Below, piece after piece: positions 33,789 through 43,586 of a stretch of DNA of 64,000 bases. The notes under the pieces were generated by a model. It was given only the letters and a program-made list of their open reading frames with translations. It did no database searches and was not told the origin of the DNA. Position 1 is the first letter of the stretch; the number at the start of each line of letters is the position of its first letter. Origin of the DNA: Patescibacteria group bacterium UBA6017 (GTDB lineage Bacteria; Patescibacteriota; Saccharimonadia; UBA4664); contig DIZX01000016.1 in NCBI GenBank assembly GCA_002429485.1, positions 14,889 to 78,888 on the forward strand, read 5' to 3'. The position numbers were made by a program, and so were the translations under genes.

Positions 33789-36275
33789 GTGTTTCTTCGG
33801 CGAGTAACAATTACCGGCTTCAAATCATTTGCCAATAAAACCGTGATCGATCTCGAGCACGGTATCACTGGCGTGGTCGGCCCCAACGGCTCGGGCAAGA
33901 GCAATATTGCCGACGCCATCCGCTGGGCGATGGGGGAGCAGGGCAAGGCTCGCTTGCGGCTGGGTGATCGCGATGAAGTGGTCTTTGCCGGCACCGACAA
34001 GCGCGCCAAGGCGAGCTTCGCCGAAGTAATTCTATTGTTTGACAATGAAGACGGTTCATTTCCGCTCGATCTTACCGAGGTAGAAATTTCGCGGCGAATG
34101 TACCGCAGCGGCGAAACGGACTATCGGCTGGCCGGCCGTAGCGCGCGGTTGAGCGATATTCAGGCGCTGCTGGCCGGGGCCGGGGTGGGCGCGAGCAGTT
34201 ACGCCGTAATTGGCCAGGGGATGATTGATTCGATTCTGATGAGCTCGCCATCCGAACGCAAACTGCTGTTTGAGGAGGCAGCAGGCATCCGCGGGCCTGA
34301 GCTCGGGCGCGAGGCCGCTGTACGAAAACTCACAGCCACAGCCGGCAATCTCACGCGTCTGCGCGATATTTCGGCGGAGCTGGCGCCTCGCCTTGGCGCC
34401 CTGGAGCGGGCCGTGGCCGCCGCCGACGAGCAGACCCGCCTCACGTCGCGAGTAACTGAGCTGCGTACTGCCGTGGCGAGTGCCCAGCATGCCCACTGGA
34501 CGCTCGTGGAAGCCGGTGAGGCCCATCGGTCGGCAGAGCTGCTGCAATCGGCTCACCGCCTGCGCCACGAGCTGCGCGCGCTCGAACGCACCCGTGAGCA
34601 GCAGGATCGTGCCGAAGCGCAGGCCCTTGGCCAGCGCCAGCAGCTCCAATCTGGGCTGGCCGCCCTCGAGCTCCGTCGCGACTCAGCTGCCGCGGACCTC
34701 GCCGCCTCCCAGTCCGCCACCAGCGCCGCCGCTCGCAATATCCAGTCGGCCGGCGAGCTCAAAATACGCCTCGCCCGCGCCGAAGCCGACCTGGCTGCGG
34801 CCGAGGGCCGACTCAAGGACTCTCGCGCCGAGCTGGCTGCCAGTGCCGTAGGCGCCGCCCGCGCCGATAAGGCCGTGGACAAAGCTGCCCACGAGGTTGC
34901 GGCAGCTCAATCCGCTTTGGTGGCCGTCCGCAACGGGATCAACGATGGCTCTCGCGACCAATATCTGGATCACGCCCTCCAAATACTCAAAACGCTGGCC
35001 CTCGGGCTGGGAACGCCGCAGTACGATGAAGGTCGGGTGCGCCTGCTTGTACACAAGGCCGGGCGCCTACTCAGTCATGCTACCCGCAGCGGTGCGGCCG
35101 AGCTTCTTGCCGAGCTCAAAACCGCCCAGAAACACCTTGAAGCCGCGATGTCGCGCCGCGAAACCGCCGTGGAGCACCAGACCAACGTGTCTATTACCGG
35201 CCGTTCGCTTGAGATTGATATTACCCATCTGGAGGGTGAAGTTGTCCGGCTAACTCAACGCCGAAATGATATTTTGACCGAGCTGAAGCCGCTAGAATTG
35301 GCTTCATCTCAGCTCAAATCACTTCAGTCAGCCGAGCACACTGCCGTTAAGACCTTGCAGGACATCACCAAACAGCTCGAAGTTCAACGTTCTCAACTCG
35401 CCGATCTAAGTGTCGGTTCCGGTGATATCTCTGTCCATTCCAAGACCCTCACTGCCCTCGAACTCACGAGAGCCGCCATTTCCAATGTTGCCCGCGATCA
35501 TACTCAGGCCGGGCAAAACCGACTCGCTGCCGCGTCCGAACTGGCTGCCACCGTCCGCCGTGCCGCCGAGTGGGCCGTCACTATTACCTCCTCGGACGCT
35601 CATGAAGACCTCGCAGTCCTGACCGATCAGCTCGCCCGCGCCGAAACTCTCCTCGAGGCCCGCACTCAGGTGTATCAGGAGCAATTGGTCGAATACGAGG
35701 AGGTCTCCACTCGCCAAACCGAGCTTGCCGCCCAAATTAGCGACCTCGAATCTGCCGAATCCGACCTGCGAGCCCTCGTGACCGAGCTCGATACGCTCAT
35801 CCGCTCGCGTTTCAAGGAAAATTTCCAAGCCTTGGCTGAGCAATTCAAGATCTACTTTGGCCGCCTCTTCAACGGCGGCACCGCTTCGCTCGAGCTCGCC
35901 GAGACTGACGATGGCACTTATGGCATTACTATCAAGGCCAGTCCCAACGGTAAGCGCCTCACGACTATAGCGGCCCTGTCCGGCGGCGAACGAGCCTTGG
36001 CTGGTGTGGCCCTAGTGGCCGCCATTATGCGCGTCAACCCCAGCCCCTTCGTGGTCCTCGACGAAATCGACGCCGCCCTCGACGAGGCCAATTCGGGCCG
36101 TCTCGCCGGCATTCTCACCGAACTTCAGCAGTATTCGCAGCTCATCGTCATTACCCACAACCGCCAGACCATGAAGGCCGCCCGCGTGCTCTTTGGGGTT
36201 ACAATCAATGAGCATCACATCTCGCACCTCATCTCCATGCGCCTCGAACAAGCCACCCAGCTCGCCGCCCGCTGA
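33789..36275 (+). CDS. smc: Chromosome segregation SMC protein (short form, 828 aa).
   Basis: N-terminal ITGFKSFANKT...VVGPNGSGKSNI Walker A. Long coiled coils. C-terminal LSGGERALAGVALV (signature) and VVLDEIDAALD (Walker B). GTG start. Confidence 0.85.
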   Translation: MFLRRVTITGFKSFANKTVIDLEHGITGVVGPNGSGKSNIADAIRWAMGEQGKARLRLGDRDEVVFAGTDKRAKASFAEVILLFDNEDGSFPLDLTEVEISRRMYRSGETDYRLAGRSARLSDIQALLAGAGVGASSYAVIGQGMIDSILMSSPSERKLLFEEAAGIRGPELGREAAVRKLTATAGNLTRLRDISAELAPRLGALERAVAAADEQTRLTSRVTELRTAVASAQHAHWTLVEAGEAHRSAELLQSAHRLRHELRALERTREQQDRAEAQALGQRQQLQSGLAALELRRDSAAADLAASQSATSAAARNIQSAGELKIRLARAEADLAAAEGRLKDSRAELAASAVGAARADKAVDKAAHEVAAAQSALVAVRNGINDGSRDQYLDHALQILKTLALGLGTPQYDEGRVRLLVHKAGRLLSHATRSGAAELLAELKTAQKHLEAAMSRRETAVEHQTNVSITGRSLEIDITHLEGEVVRLTQRRNDILTELKPLELASSQLKSLQSAEHTAVKTLQDITKQLEVQRSQLADLSVGSGDISVHSKTLTALELTRAAISNVARDHTQAGQNRLAAASELAATVRRAAEWAVTITSSDAHEDLAVLTDQLARAETLLEARTQVYQEQLVEYEEVSTRQTELAAQISDLESAESDLRALVTELDTLIRSRFKENFQALAEQFKIYFGRLFNGGTASLELAETDDGTYGITIKASPNGKRLTTIAALSGGERALAGVALVAAIMRVNPSPFVVLDEIDAALDEANSGRLAGILTELQQYSQLIVITHNRQTMKAARVLFGVTINEHHISHLISMRLEQATQLAAR

Positions 36276-36360
36276 GCATACTCTAGCCGTATCTGTTGAC
36301 TTATCCCCCAAAAATCGGTAAACTCAACTTCGTTGTATCGAATTTATTAGGAACTACCTT

Positions 36361-36750
36361 TTGTTAGTAATTCGCCTAGCCCGCACCGGCCGAACTAAAT
36401 ACCCCACCTACCGCATTGTCGCTGCCGAATCTGCTCGCGCCGCCACGGGTAAGTTTGTAGCTGTCCTCGGACACTACAACCCTCATACCAAAGAAATCGT
36501 CATCAAGCGTGACGAAATCGCCAAGCACCTCGGCAATGGCGCTCAGCCGTCAAATACCGTCGTAAAGCTTCTGATTCGCGAAAAAGTTGAGCTGCCCGCC
36601 TGGGTTAAGCTCAAGACTAAGGCTCCCAAGCCGACTGAAGCTGTCGCCGAAGAAGCCGCTGCCGAAACCGCCCCAGCTGCCGACACCGAAGTTACTCCGG
36701 CCGAAGCCGAAGCTGACGCTGCTGCCGAAAACACCGACGCCGACAAGTAA
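36361..36750 (+). CDS. rpsP: 30S ribosomal protein S16, with an Ala/Glu-rich C-terminal tail.
   Basis: MLVIRLARTGRTKYPTYRIVAAESARAATGKF matches the S16 N-terminus. TTG start. ~45-aa low-complexity acidic tail. Confidence 0.85.
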   Translation: MLVIRLARTGRTKYPTYRIVAAESARAATGKFVAVLGHYNPHTKEIVIKRDEIAKHLGNGAQPSNTVVKLLIREKVELPAWVKLKTKAPKPTEAVAEEAAAETAPAADTEVTPAEAEADAAAENTDADK

Positions 36751-36827
36751 TCCCTTCGTAGGGGTTCTTGCTCTGTAAAAAATGGTATGATATTTTCATC
36801 ATCCATAATTCTGATAGGAGTGGTGCT

Positions 36828-37235
36828 ATGCCTGACATGGATAAAGAATTTGTAGAATACGTAGTGAGAGCGCTCGTTAGTCACCCAGATGACGTAAGCG
36901 TCCGCAGGTCCGTCGACGATATGGGAGTATTACTGGAATTATCAGTGAACCCCGAAGACATGGGCAAGGTCATCGGTAAGGCCGGGGCCACCGCCAAGAG
37001 TATCCGTACGCTGCTTCGAGTATTAGGCTCGCGCAACGACGCTCGCGTCAACCTCAAGATTATCGAGCCCGAAGGTAGCGAATATCAAGACGACCGCCAG
37101 GACAGCCCTGCCGCCCCCGTAGCCCCGGCTCAAACGGCTCCAGAGGCTCCCGCGGCCCCTCAGCCCGACGCCGATTCCGAGATGGTTGCCCGCACCAAGC
37201 GCGAGTTTGCCGACCTCGACGATCTCGACCTCTAG
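36828..37235 (+). CDS. KH-domain RNA-binding protein (UPF0109/YlqC-like), with an acidic Pro/Ala-rich tail.
   Basis: KH motif VIGKAGATAKSIRTLL. RBS TAGGAGTGG upstream of the ATG at 36828. Canonical position between rpsP and trmD. Confidence 0.7.
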   Translation: MPDMDKEFVEYVVRALVSHPDDVSVRRSVDDMGVLLELSVNPEDMGKVIGKAGATAKSIRTLLRVLGSRNDARVNLKIIEPEGSEYQDDRQDSPAAPVAPAQTAPEAPAAPQPDADSEMVARTKREFADLDDLDL

Positions 37236-37247
37236 AAACCTCCAATT

Positions 37248-37931
37248 ATGAAAATCGACATTATCACACTGTTTCCGGACATGTTCAAAGGTCCCTTCGA
37301 CATGAGCATGATTTGGAAAGCCCAGGATAGGGGATTAGCGCAGATTAACCTCATTAACTTGCGCGATTTTGGCTTGGGAACGCGCCATACCGTCGATGAT
37401 ACCCCTTATGGTGGCGGGGATGGCATGGTCCTCAAGCCTGAGCCGGTGGTGGCAGCTATTGAGGCTGCCCGAACCGCCAATCCCGGTGCGCGCGTGATTG
37501 CCCTCACGCCCAGCGGCCATCGATACAGCCAAGCCATGGCTGCTGAGCTGTCCGAGCTGCCGGGCCTCATTCTGCTGGCCGGCCACTACGAAGGCTTCGA
37601 TGAACGCATACTTACCTACGTGGACGACCAGGTTTCTATTGGCGACTACGTGCTTACCGGCGGCGAACTGCCCGCCATGGTGATCTTAGACAGCGTCGTG
37701 CGGCTGATTCCCGGCGTTTTGGGTGGGGAGGCTAGTGCCGCCGACGAATCGTTCAGCGAGCCCGACCTGCTCGAGTATCCACACTACACCCGTCCGCAAG
37801 AATTCCGCGGTGAAGCCGTGCCGGAAGTGCTGCAAAACGGCCACCATGCCGAAATCGCTAAATGGCGCCGCGCTCAAGCCCAAGCCAAAACCGCCAAATT
37901 CCGCCCCGATTTGCTCAAAAACTCAAACTAA
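37248..37931 (+). CDS. trmD: tRNA (guanine37-N1)-methyltransferase.
   Basis: MKIDIITLFPDMF N-terminus. SPOUT-fold motifs (GGGDGMV, GHYEGFDERI). 227 aa. Confidence 0.9.
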   Translation: MKIDIITLFPDMFKGPFDMSMIWKAQDRGLAQINLINLRDFGLGTRHTVDDTPYGGGDGMVLKPEPVVAAIEAARTANPGARVIALTPSGHRYSQAMAAELSELPGLILLAGHYEGFDERILTYVDDQVSIGDYVLTGGELPAMVILDSVVRLIPGVLGGEASAADESFSEPDLLEYPHYTRPQEFRGEAVPEVLQNGHHAEIAKWRRAQAQAKTAKFRPDLLKNSN

Positions 37932-39079
37932 TTTTCGAAATGATTCCAAAGCTGGCTAGATAGGTCGGCAAACATGGCCGGGGCGTTTCCGGGAGAATTC
38001 CATGGCCCGCTTGTTACCACTACCAAGTAATTAGTTTTTGGTCCGTACACAATCCCTGCGTCGTGGACTACTCCGTCGAGGTCGCCGGTTTTGTGTGCAA
38101 TCACCGTTCCGGCCGGCAAGCCTACCGGTAGGCGGTTGTTTACTCGTTGGTCCTTGAGCAGCCCCAAAAACTTATCGCTCGAGCTGGCCGACACCAACGT
38201 TCCGCTGTACAGGCGGGTCAACAGTGTGGCTACGTCGCCAGCCGATGTCCTTTGTGGGTCAGCCAAGCTAGTTTGCTTGTAGCCCTCTACCCCCAGCGCC
38301 TGGTCTTGCGCGCCCCATCCCAGTATCGTCCCCAGCGCTCGCCCACAGGCGTTGTCGGAGACGTTAATCATTACCGTCAAACACCCGTCAATATTGCGCC
38401 CGGTGTCGCCACCTGCCGCTTTGCCGTAGGTCAGTTGCCCCAAGTCTATTTGCTGGTAAATCCGCTGCGCCACAAACAGTTTATACAGGCTTGCACTTGT
38501 GATTTGCCGGTCTGGATTAATGCTGGCCGTTTCGCCAGTGGTCATATTTTTTACAACGATACCGAATTTATCAGCATTTGCTGCCGTGAACGTGTCCAAT
38601 AGCTGCTGCAGCCCGGTTCTTTGCGGTGTCGGCACGACGGCTGCTGCGGCAGCGGGCTTTACGGCGGCGTTTGGCGCGGGTGCGCTGCGCTCGGAGGCCC
38701 TGGCCGTTGAGTTCGAAGGAGTCGTTAGTGCGCCCACCATCACCGTCGAGGCCACCAGTGCCGTTGCTACCAACCCAAATGCAATCGCCGGCCGTTTCCA
38801 GGCAATCTGCGGCAATCGCAACGATGGCATCTGCCATACGGGAGTAGCCTCCATCGCTGCTGCCTGCATGTTTACTACCGCCTCGCGAGGGGTCGGCATT
38901 ACCGGCCGACGAATGCCGTCCATGCCCACCGTGTAGGCTCGAGGCTGAGGCGACAAGGCCGCCACAGCCGGTTTCGGCTGCGACAATACTATCGTCTGCT
39001 GGCGGCGCACACTTGGCCGCACTCCATCCATCACATGAATCATATATACAGTATAACCATAAGCTTCATATCGCTTCAA
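37928..39079 (-). CDS. Class A beta-lactamase-fold serine hydrolase with an N-terminal membrane anchor/linker.
   Basis: SxxK (SLYK), SDN (VSDNACG) and KTG (HKTGDLDG) motifs in the correct order and spacing. Confidence 0.6.
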   Translation of the reverse strand: MKRYEAYGYTVYMIHVMDGVRPSVRRQQTIVLSQPKPAVAALSPQPRAYTVGMDGIRRPVMPTPREAVVNMQAAAMEATPVWQMPSLRLPQIAWKRPAIAFGLVATALVASTVMVGALTTPSNSTARASERSAPAPNAAVKPAAAAAVVPTPQRTGLQQLLDTFTAANADKFGIVVKNMTTGETASINPDRQITSASLYKLFVAQRIYQQIDLGQLTYGKAAGGDTGRNIDGCLTVMINVSDNACGRALGTILGWGAQDQALGVEGYKQTSLADPQRTSAGDVATLLTRLYSGTLVSASSSDKFLGLLKDQRVNNRLPVGLPAGTVIAHKTGDLDGVVHDAGIVYGPKTNYLVVVTSGPWNSPGNAPAMFADLSSQLWNHFEN

Positions 39080-39115
39080 GTCGCAGTTTTTTCGTAACGT
39101 ATACTAGTAGATGAA

Positions 39116-39532
39116 ATGGAGATTATGATGAAATTTGCCAACCTGCTGCCAGCTACTACCGTCTACGCTCACTGCGATCTGCCCTGCGGTGTTTACGATC
39201 CCGCCCAAGCCCGCATTGAGGCCGAATCAGTCCTCGCCATCTGCAAGAAATACCAGCAATACACCGACAAGGCCGATGAAGTCTTCCGCACTCGCTGCAT
39301 CGTCATCAAAGATGAGCGTGCCGAGCTCGTGAAACGCCATCTCTGGGTGTTGTGGACGGATTACTTCAAGCCCGAGCATCTCGAAGCTCACCCTCAGATC
39401 CACGACCTTTTCTGGCGCGCCACCAAGCAAGCTGGCCAGGCCAAGCACCACACCGATGTCGAAACTGCTCAAAAATTGCTCGAGCTCATCGCCGAGATCA
39501 CCGAAGTCTTCAACGCCACCAAGAAGGCCTAA
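39116..39532 (+). CDS. sodN: Nickel superoxide dismutase precursor.
   Basis: Ni-hook HCDLPCGVYDP directly after an ~18-aa propeptide (MEIMMKFANLLPATTVYA). Four-helix-bundle length of 138 aa. Confidence 0.8.
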   Translation: MEIMMKFANLLPATTVYAHCDLPCGVYDPAQARIEAESVLAICKKYQQYTDKADEVFRTRCIVIKDERAELVKRHLWVLWTDYFKPEHLEAHPQIHDLFWRATKQAGQAKHHTDVETAQKLLELIAEITEVFNATKKA

Positions 39533-39538
39533 ACCTTC

Positions 39539-39820
39539 ATGTCGATTTGGCCCCTCGGAATATATAGGGTAGCGGGGGACAGTATGCTGCCGACATATCA
39601 GCCGGGCGACACCCTCCTGGGCCTGCGCTGGTTCACATCGCGGCCCGGCCAGGTGGTGGTGGCCATAGAGTCCGGACGGCCTGTCATCAAGCGCATCGTC
39701 TCTATCGAGGACACCGCTATCACCCTCGCCGGAGACAATCCCGCCGCCTCCACCGACTCGCGCCACTTCGGCCCTGTCCATAAAAAACAACTAGAAGCCA
39801 AAATACTTGTTAAGATATAA
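39539..39820 (+). CDS. S26-family signal-peptidase-like protease, probably the Ni-SOD maturation peptidase (SodX-like).
   Basis: Catalytic Ser motif GDSMLPT. Lys motif IKRIV. Lies immediately downstream of sodN. Confidence 0.7.
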   Translation: MSIWPLGIYRVAGDSMLPTYQPGDTLLGLRWFTSRPGQVVVAIESGRPVIKRIVSIEDTAITLAGDNPAASTDSRHFGPVHKKQLEAKILVKI

Positions 39821-39823
39821 CCT

Positions 39824-40267
39824 ATGATTCTCAAACCCTTCAAGTACGCCTTCCGAGAGCTGATCATGAACCGCCGCAAACAGATCCCGTTTTGGGTCTT
39901 AGCCGGTTTCTTGCCCACCTTCCTCATAGCCAGACTGCTCGTCGCGAGGTTCCCCGGACTTTTCCTGCACATCCGAGGCACGCACGTGCATCACTTCATC
40001 TACGGGTTCTTTGTGCTGGCTATCATCGGCTTTATTTCCATCCTCTCCGAGCGCGGGCGGCGTATTCAGGCCTTCGTATACGGAGTAGGCCTCGCCCTGG
40101 CCTTTGACGAGTTTGGCATGTGGATGCACCTCACGAACAACTACAATATCGACACCTCCGAGGACGCCCTCGCCTGGATCTTCGCCTTCCTGATATTCCT
40201 CGTCTACGGCATTGGCATGATCCGCCGAGCCATCCCGCACATGAAGCGGCTTCGCCCAGGTCGCTAA
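39824..40267 (+). CDS. Hypothetical membrane protein (four TM helices).
   Basis: Hydrophobic segments with His-rich loops. No recognisable family. Confidence 0.45.
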   Translation: MILKPFKYAFRELIMNRRKQIPFWVLAGFLPTFLIARLLVARFPGLFLHIRGTHVHHFIYGFFVLAIIGFISILSERGRRIQAFVYGVGLALAFDEFGMWMHLTNNYNIDTSEDALAWIFAFLIFLVYGIGMIRRAIPHMKRLRPGR

Positions 40268-40329
40268 GCATTGCCGCTGAGCTCAAAATCTTGTATTATA
40301 TGACGGTCGCAAAAATCTATTACGCACAA

Positions 40330-40404
40330 TGGGGTGTGGCCAAGCGGTAAGGCATCTGATTCTGGATCAGAGGATCCTAGGTTCGAATCCTAGCACCCCA
40401 GCCA
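40330..40404 (+). tRNA. tRNA-Gln (anticodon CTG).
   Basis: TGGGGTGTGGCCAAGCGGTAAGGCATCTGATTCTGGATCAGAGGATCCTAGGTTCGAATCCTAGCACCCCAGCCA. Acceptor stem pairs with 66-72. Anticodon loop TTCTGGA. T-loop TTCGAAT. Encoded CCA. Confidence 0.85.
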
Positions 40405-40418
40405 TTGCACTTATGCTT
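40398..40418. repeat. 21-bp direct repeat (attL-like) overlapping the 3' end of tRNA-Gln.
   Basis: ccagccattgcacttatgctt is identical to 43587-43607. Confidence 0.85.
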
Positions 40419-40604
40419 GAACAACGGCTTGCTCAAGCCGTTGTCTTGTTATTATCGTCATCACGTTAAGTGATTCACGTTCCCAACCCATCTGAATACT
40501 CAAGCGAGTTTTTAGCACTCAGGTGGATCCCCGGCCATCGTTCCGGGGCGGAACGATGGCCGGGCTGTCTGGTCGAACGAGCCCCTAACACGTACGTGCC
40601 CGAA

Positions 40605-41378
40605 CTATGTGAGTTGCGCAGCCTCAAATGCTCGCAGGTTGTCCTCTAAATGCTCAGGCGATTTAGTCCCCGTAAGGACTAGCCCACGAGGGCAGTTATC
40701 GAAGATAAACCTGAATGCCTCGCGCTCAAGCTCGGCTCGGCTCTTTTGTGAGTCGTTGTCTATCAGTTCGCCCATGTTGAACGGACGATTGATGACAACC
40801 GTTTTCCCTCGCTCCAACGCGAGTCTAATGATGGGGAGGAAGGCGGCATTCTTTTGGTTGAAGGGCAGTTGAACGACCTCATATGCGTCGTCTCCACAGA
40901 CCATCTCCCCACTTTCGATATCGCTTACACTTGCGCCGAATCGGGTGATGCCCTGTTCTCGGGCGTAACTCCAGGCTCGCTTTAGGCCGTCGCTTAGGAG
41001 CACGGCCGGAGTTGTTTTGTGAAGCTGAAGCACGTCAATCTGGCCTAGTCTCGTGAGGCTTTGGTCTAGACTCGACCGGAGTGCATCATAGGTATGGTCT
41101 ACGTACGACTGTTGGTCTTCCGCCCGCCAATGCTCTCCGAACTTTGTAGCGATTGTGATATTGCTACGTTGCCCTTGATTCAGCGTTCGCAGCCAATCAC
41201 CCAACCTTGCTTCACTCAGGCCGTAAGATGGCGCTGTATCGTAGTAGCTAATGCCCTGGGAGAAGGCAGACTCGAGAAACGTGGCTGCCGCTTGATCTGA
41301 CGGAATGGGTGATGGCTTGAACCCCCAAGTTCTTCCGATGCCGATAAGACCACACGCTAGTTCTAGGTTGTTTGACAT
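40605..41378 (-). CDS. Aldo/keto reductase family oxidoreductase.
   Basis: AKR N-terminus LGIGRTWGF...YYDTAPSYG. TIM-barrel length of 257 aa. Confidence 0.75.
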   Translation of the reverse strand: MSNNLELACGLIGIGRTWGFKPSPIPSDQAAATFLESAFSQGISYYDTAPSYGLSEARLGDWLRTLNQGQRSNITIATKFGEHWRAEDQQSYVDHTYDALRSSLDQSLTRLGQIDVLQLHKTTPAVLLSDGLKRAWSYAREQGITRFGASVSDIESGEMVCGDDAYEVVQLPFNQKNAAFLPIIRLALERGKTVVINRPFNMGELIDNDSQKSRAELEREAFRFIFDNCPRGLVLTGTKSPEHLEDNLRAFEAAQLT

Positions 41379-41461
41379 GTTTTAAGGGTACTATAAGGTA
41401 TGAGCCTTTACAACCCTGGCATAATATATTATTATATTTTTCCACCGACGAGATACCAGGA

Positions 41462-42586
41462 ATGGGGATCAAAATGCCTCAGCAGTTTGACGTCACGGTT
41501 GTAGGGGCCGGCATAGCCGGCCTGATGCTCACCAAGAAGCTCTCCGAGTTGGGCCTCAAAGTGGCCCTGGTCGAGAAGGAAGCCCAAATGGCTGGAGGGC
41601 CCTCAACTAAGAACGAAGGGTGGCTGCACCGAGGAACCTACCACGCGACGTCGATTAGCGATAAGGACACCGCTATTCAGGTTGCGAGGCGCTGCATTTA
41701 CGGGCACGAGCAGATCCGAGGGTACGCGCCCGAAGCTATCGAGGATATCGACCTCGCCTCGTATGCGTTGGTGAAGGACCCGGAGCGAACGATGGAGGTC
41801 ATCTCTCGATGGGATGAAGCCGGTGTTCGCTACACGAGGGTACCGCTCAAGGAGCTCGCGAGACTGGAGTCGAATGTTAGGACAGGTGAGTTTGCAGACG
41901 TGTTTCAGGTCTACGATCTGGGCATTAACACTCGCCTGCTCTACCGAAAGCTCCTCGCGGCTAGCATGCGAGCCGGTATCGAGATTTTCTTGAATGCCGA
42001 AGTGGTGTTCAATAGCCTCGAGGAGGCGCTGATCGAGAGAGAGGGAGAGAAAATCCCAATAACGTCACGGCTGTTCGTTTATACGGCCGGGTACGGAGTT
42101 CGGGATATCCTCAGGTCAAACTTTGGCATTCTGGTGCCTCTGCGGTACTGGAAGAGCCATCTCACGGTGTTCCCGCGTCTCACGAGGTCATCAGTGTTTT
42201 GTCTCGACCCGCATGAAGCGGGGATGATGAACCACGGCGACTACAGCATCGTGGGGCTCAACGAGGACGCCATGGTGCACGAGAGCCCAGACTTCGAGAT
42301 TTTGGAGGAGGGCAAGGAGAAGGTTTACGCAGCTGCTAGTCGCCTATTCCACAACCTGGACGGCGCTAGAAGCCTGACCGTCGCCTGCATCAAAACCGAC
42401 CTGGCAGACAAGCCCGCTGCTGTCCGCTCGCTCGGCGTCTCAGTTACGGAGCCCTTACGCGGCCACTTCGTCGTACTGCCCGGCAAGATGACCGAGACGC
42501 CCTATATTACCGACGTCGTGGCGAAAATGGTCTATGATAGGATCGATGACGAGATGATCGCTCAGCGCCCGATGGATACCATTTAG
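41462..42586 (+). CDS. FAD-dependent oxidoreductase (GxGxxG dinucleotide-binding fold).
   Basis: FDVTVVGAGIAGLMLTKKL Rossmann motif followed by VALVEKE. Start placed at the ATG at 41462. Confidence 0.65.
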   Translation: MGIKMPQQFDVTVVGAGIAGLMLTKKLSELGLKVALVEKEAQMAGGPSTKNEGWLHRGTYHATSISDKDTAIQVARRCIYGHEQIRGYAPEAIEDIDLASYALVKDPERTMEVISRWDEAGVRYTRVPLKELARLESNVRTGEFADVFQVYDLGINTRLLYRKLLAASMRAGIEIFLNAEVVFNSLEEALIEREGEKIPITSRLFVYTAGYGVRDILRSNFGILVPLRYWKSHLTVFPRLTRSSVFCLDPHEAGMMNHGDYSIVGLNEDAMVHESPDFEILEEGKEKVYAAASRLFHNLDGARSLTVACIKTDLADKPAAVRSLGVSVTEPLRGHFVVLPGKMTETPYITDVVAKMVYDRIDDEMIAQRPMDTI

Positions 42587-42617
42587 CCAACCAGGATACG
42601 GAGGTAGAAAGACATAT

Positions 42618-43244
42618 ATGACTCACGAAGACGTTTTGACAATGATCGATGAACAACGGGCATCAAGGGGGTTCTACGGAGTTTCGGAGCTCTTGGAGTG
42701 GGCCGCGCAGAGCGACAACACCTTTCTTGACCCGTTCTCGATCCTGATCAGTCGGACAGTCAAGCTCGGTCGAGACAATGTTTTCTACCCCAATGTCATA
42801 CTCGAGGTGAAGAACGGCGGAGAGCTGACTCTCGGAAATAGCAATGTGCTCTACCCGAGCACTCTCATGATCGCCGAGCGAGGCAAGATTTTCATTGCCA
42901 ACGGCAACCAGCTCGGCGACGGCGGGTGCAGTCTGAAGGCGAACATGCCCGACGCTGTCATCACCGTGGGCGACAACGGCCGCTACATGAGCGGCGCCCA
43001 GGTGATAGGCCGAACCGCGCTTGGCTCCGGCTCTCAGGTACTCGGCCTGATCACCGTCCAAAACTGCACGCTAGAAGGTGGTGGTGACTACCGGTCTGCC
43101 GACCCCGACGCACGAGCAGGTCTCCTGAAAGGGTCAGGCCTAGCCAGAAATATCACCGTTCCTGTGGGCAAGGTGCTCAATGGTTCGAGGATGTTCGAAG
43201 AGTCCCAGACCGAAGACCAATCGAAGTACCACCCCAAGAAGTAG
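42618..43244 (+). CDS. Hypothetical protein with repetitive beta-strand (beta-helix-like) segments.
   Basis: Repeated short G/N-rich strands (LGNSNVLY, IANGNQLGDGG, VGDNGRYMSGAQVIG). A terminator hairpin follows at 43272-43330. Confidence 0.45.
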   Translation: MTHEDVLTMIDEQRASRGFYGVSELLEWAAQSDNTFLDPFSILISRTVKLGRDNVFYPNVILEVKNGGELTLGNSNVLYPSTLMIAERGKIFIANGNQLGDGGCSLKANMPDAVITVGDNGRYMSGAQVIGRTALGSGSQVLGLITVQNCTLEGGGDYRSADPDARAGLLKGSGLARNITVPVGKVLNGSRMFEESQTEDQSKYHPKK

Positions 43245-43586
43245 CCGGGGCCTCTGTACTATCCATTCGCACCCTCCCACTACAACGACGTAACGGGAGG
43301 GTGCTCAACCCTTTGGAATTATTTTTTATAAATCCTTACGAAACGAGGGGTAAAGCGCATTCATGCGCTTGTGGGTAATGAAGGGACTCTCAATTATGCA
43401 AAGCTCCCGGCACTTATCGAGATCCCGTATGAAAACCGGATAAAACGTCCGCTCATCGAACAACTTCGACGCCAAAAGGTTGGTAGGGGAGACGCGATCT
43501 GGTCATAGTAAAACCCTAGCGCCTCCAATCTTTCGGCCAACTGAACTAAGCTGGAGTAGATCTGGTTCCACCTGAGGGATAGCTCG

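Noticed and set aside
34056-35054. Several minus-strand ORFs of 100-200 aa inside smc.
   Set aside because: They are antisense to smc, which has strong head-domain motifs and coiled-coil periodicity. The antisense frames are Arg/Ala/Ser-rich with no motifs.
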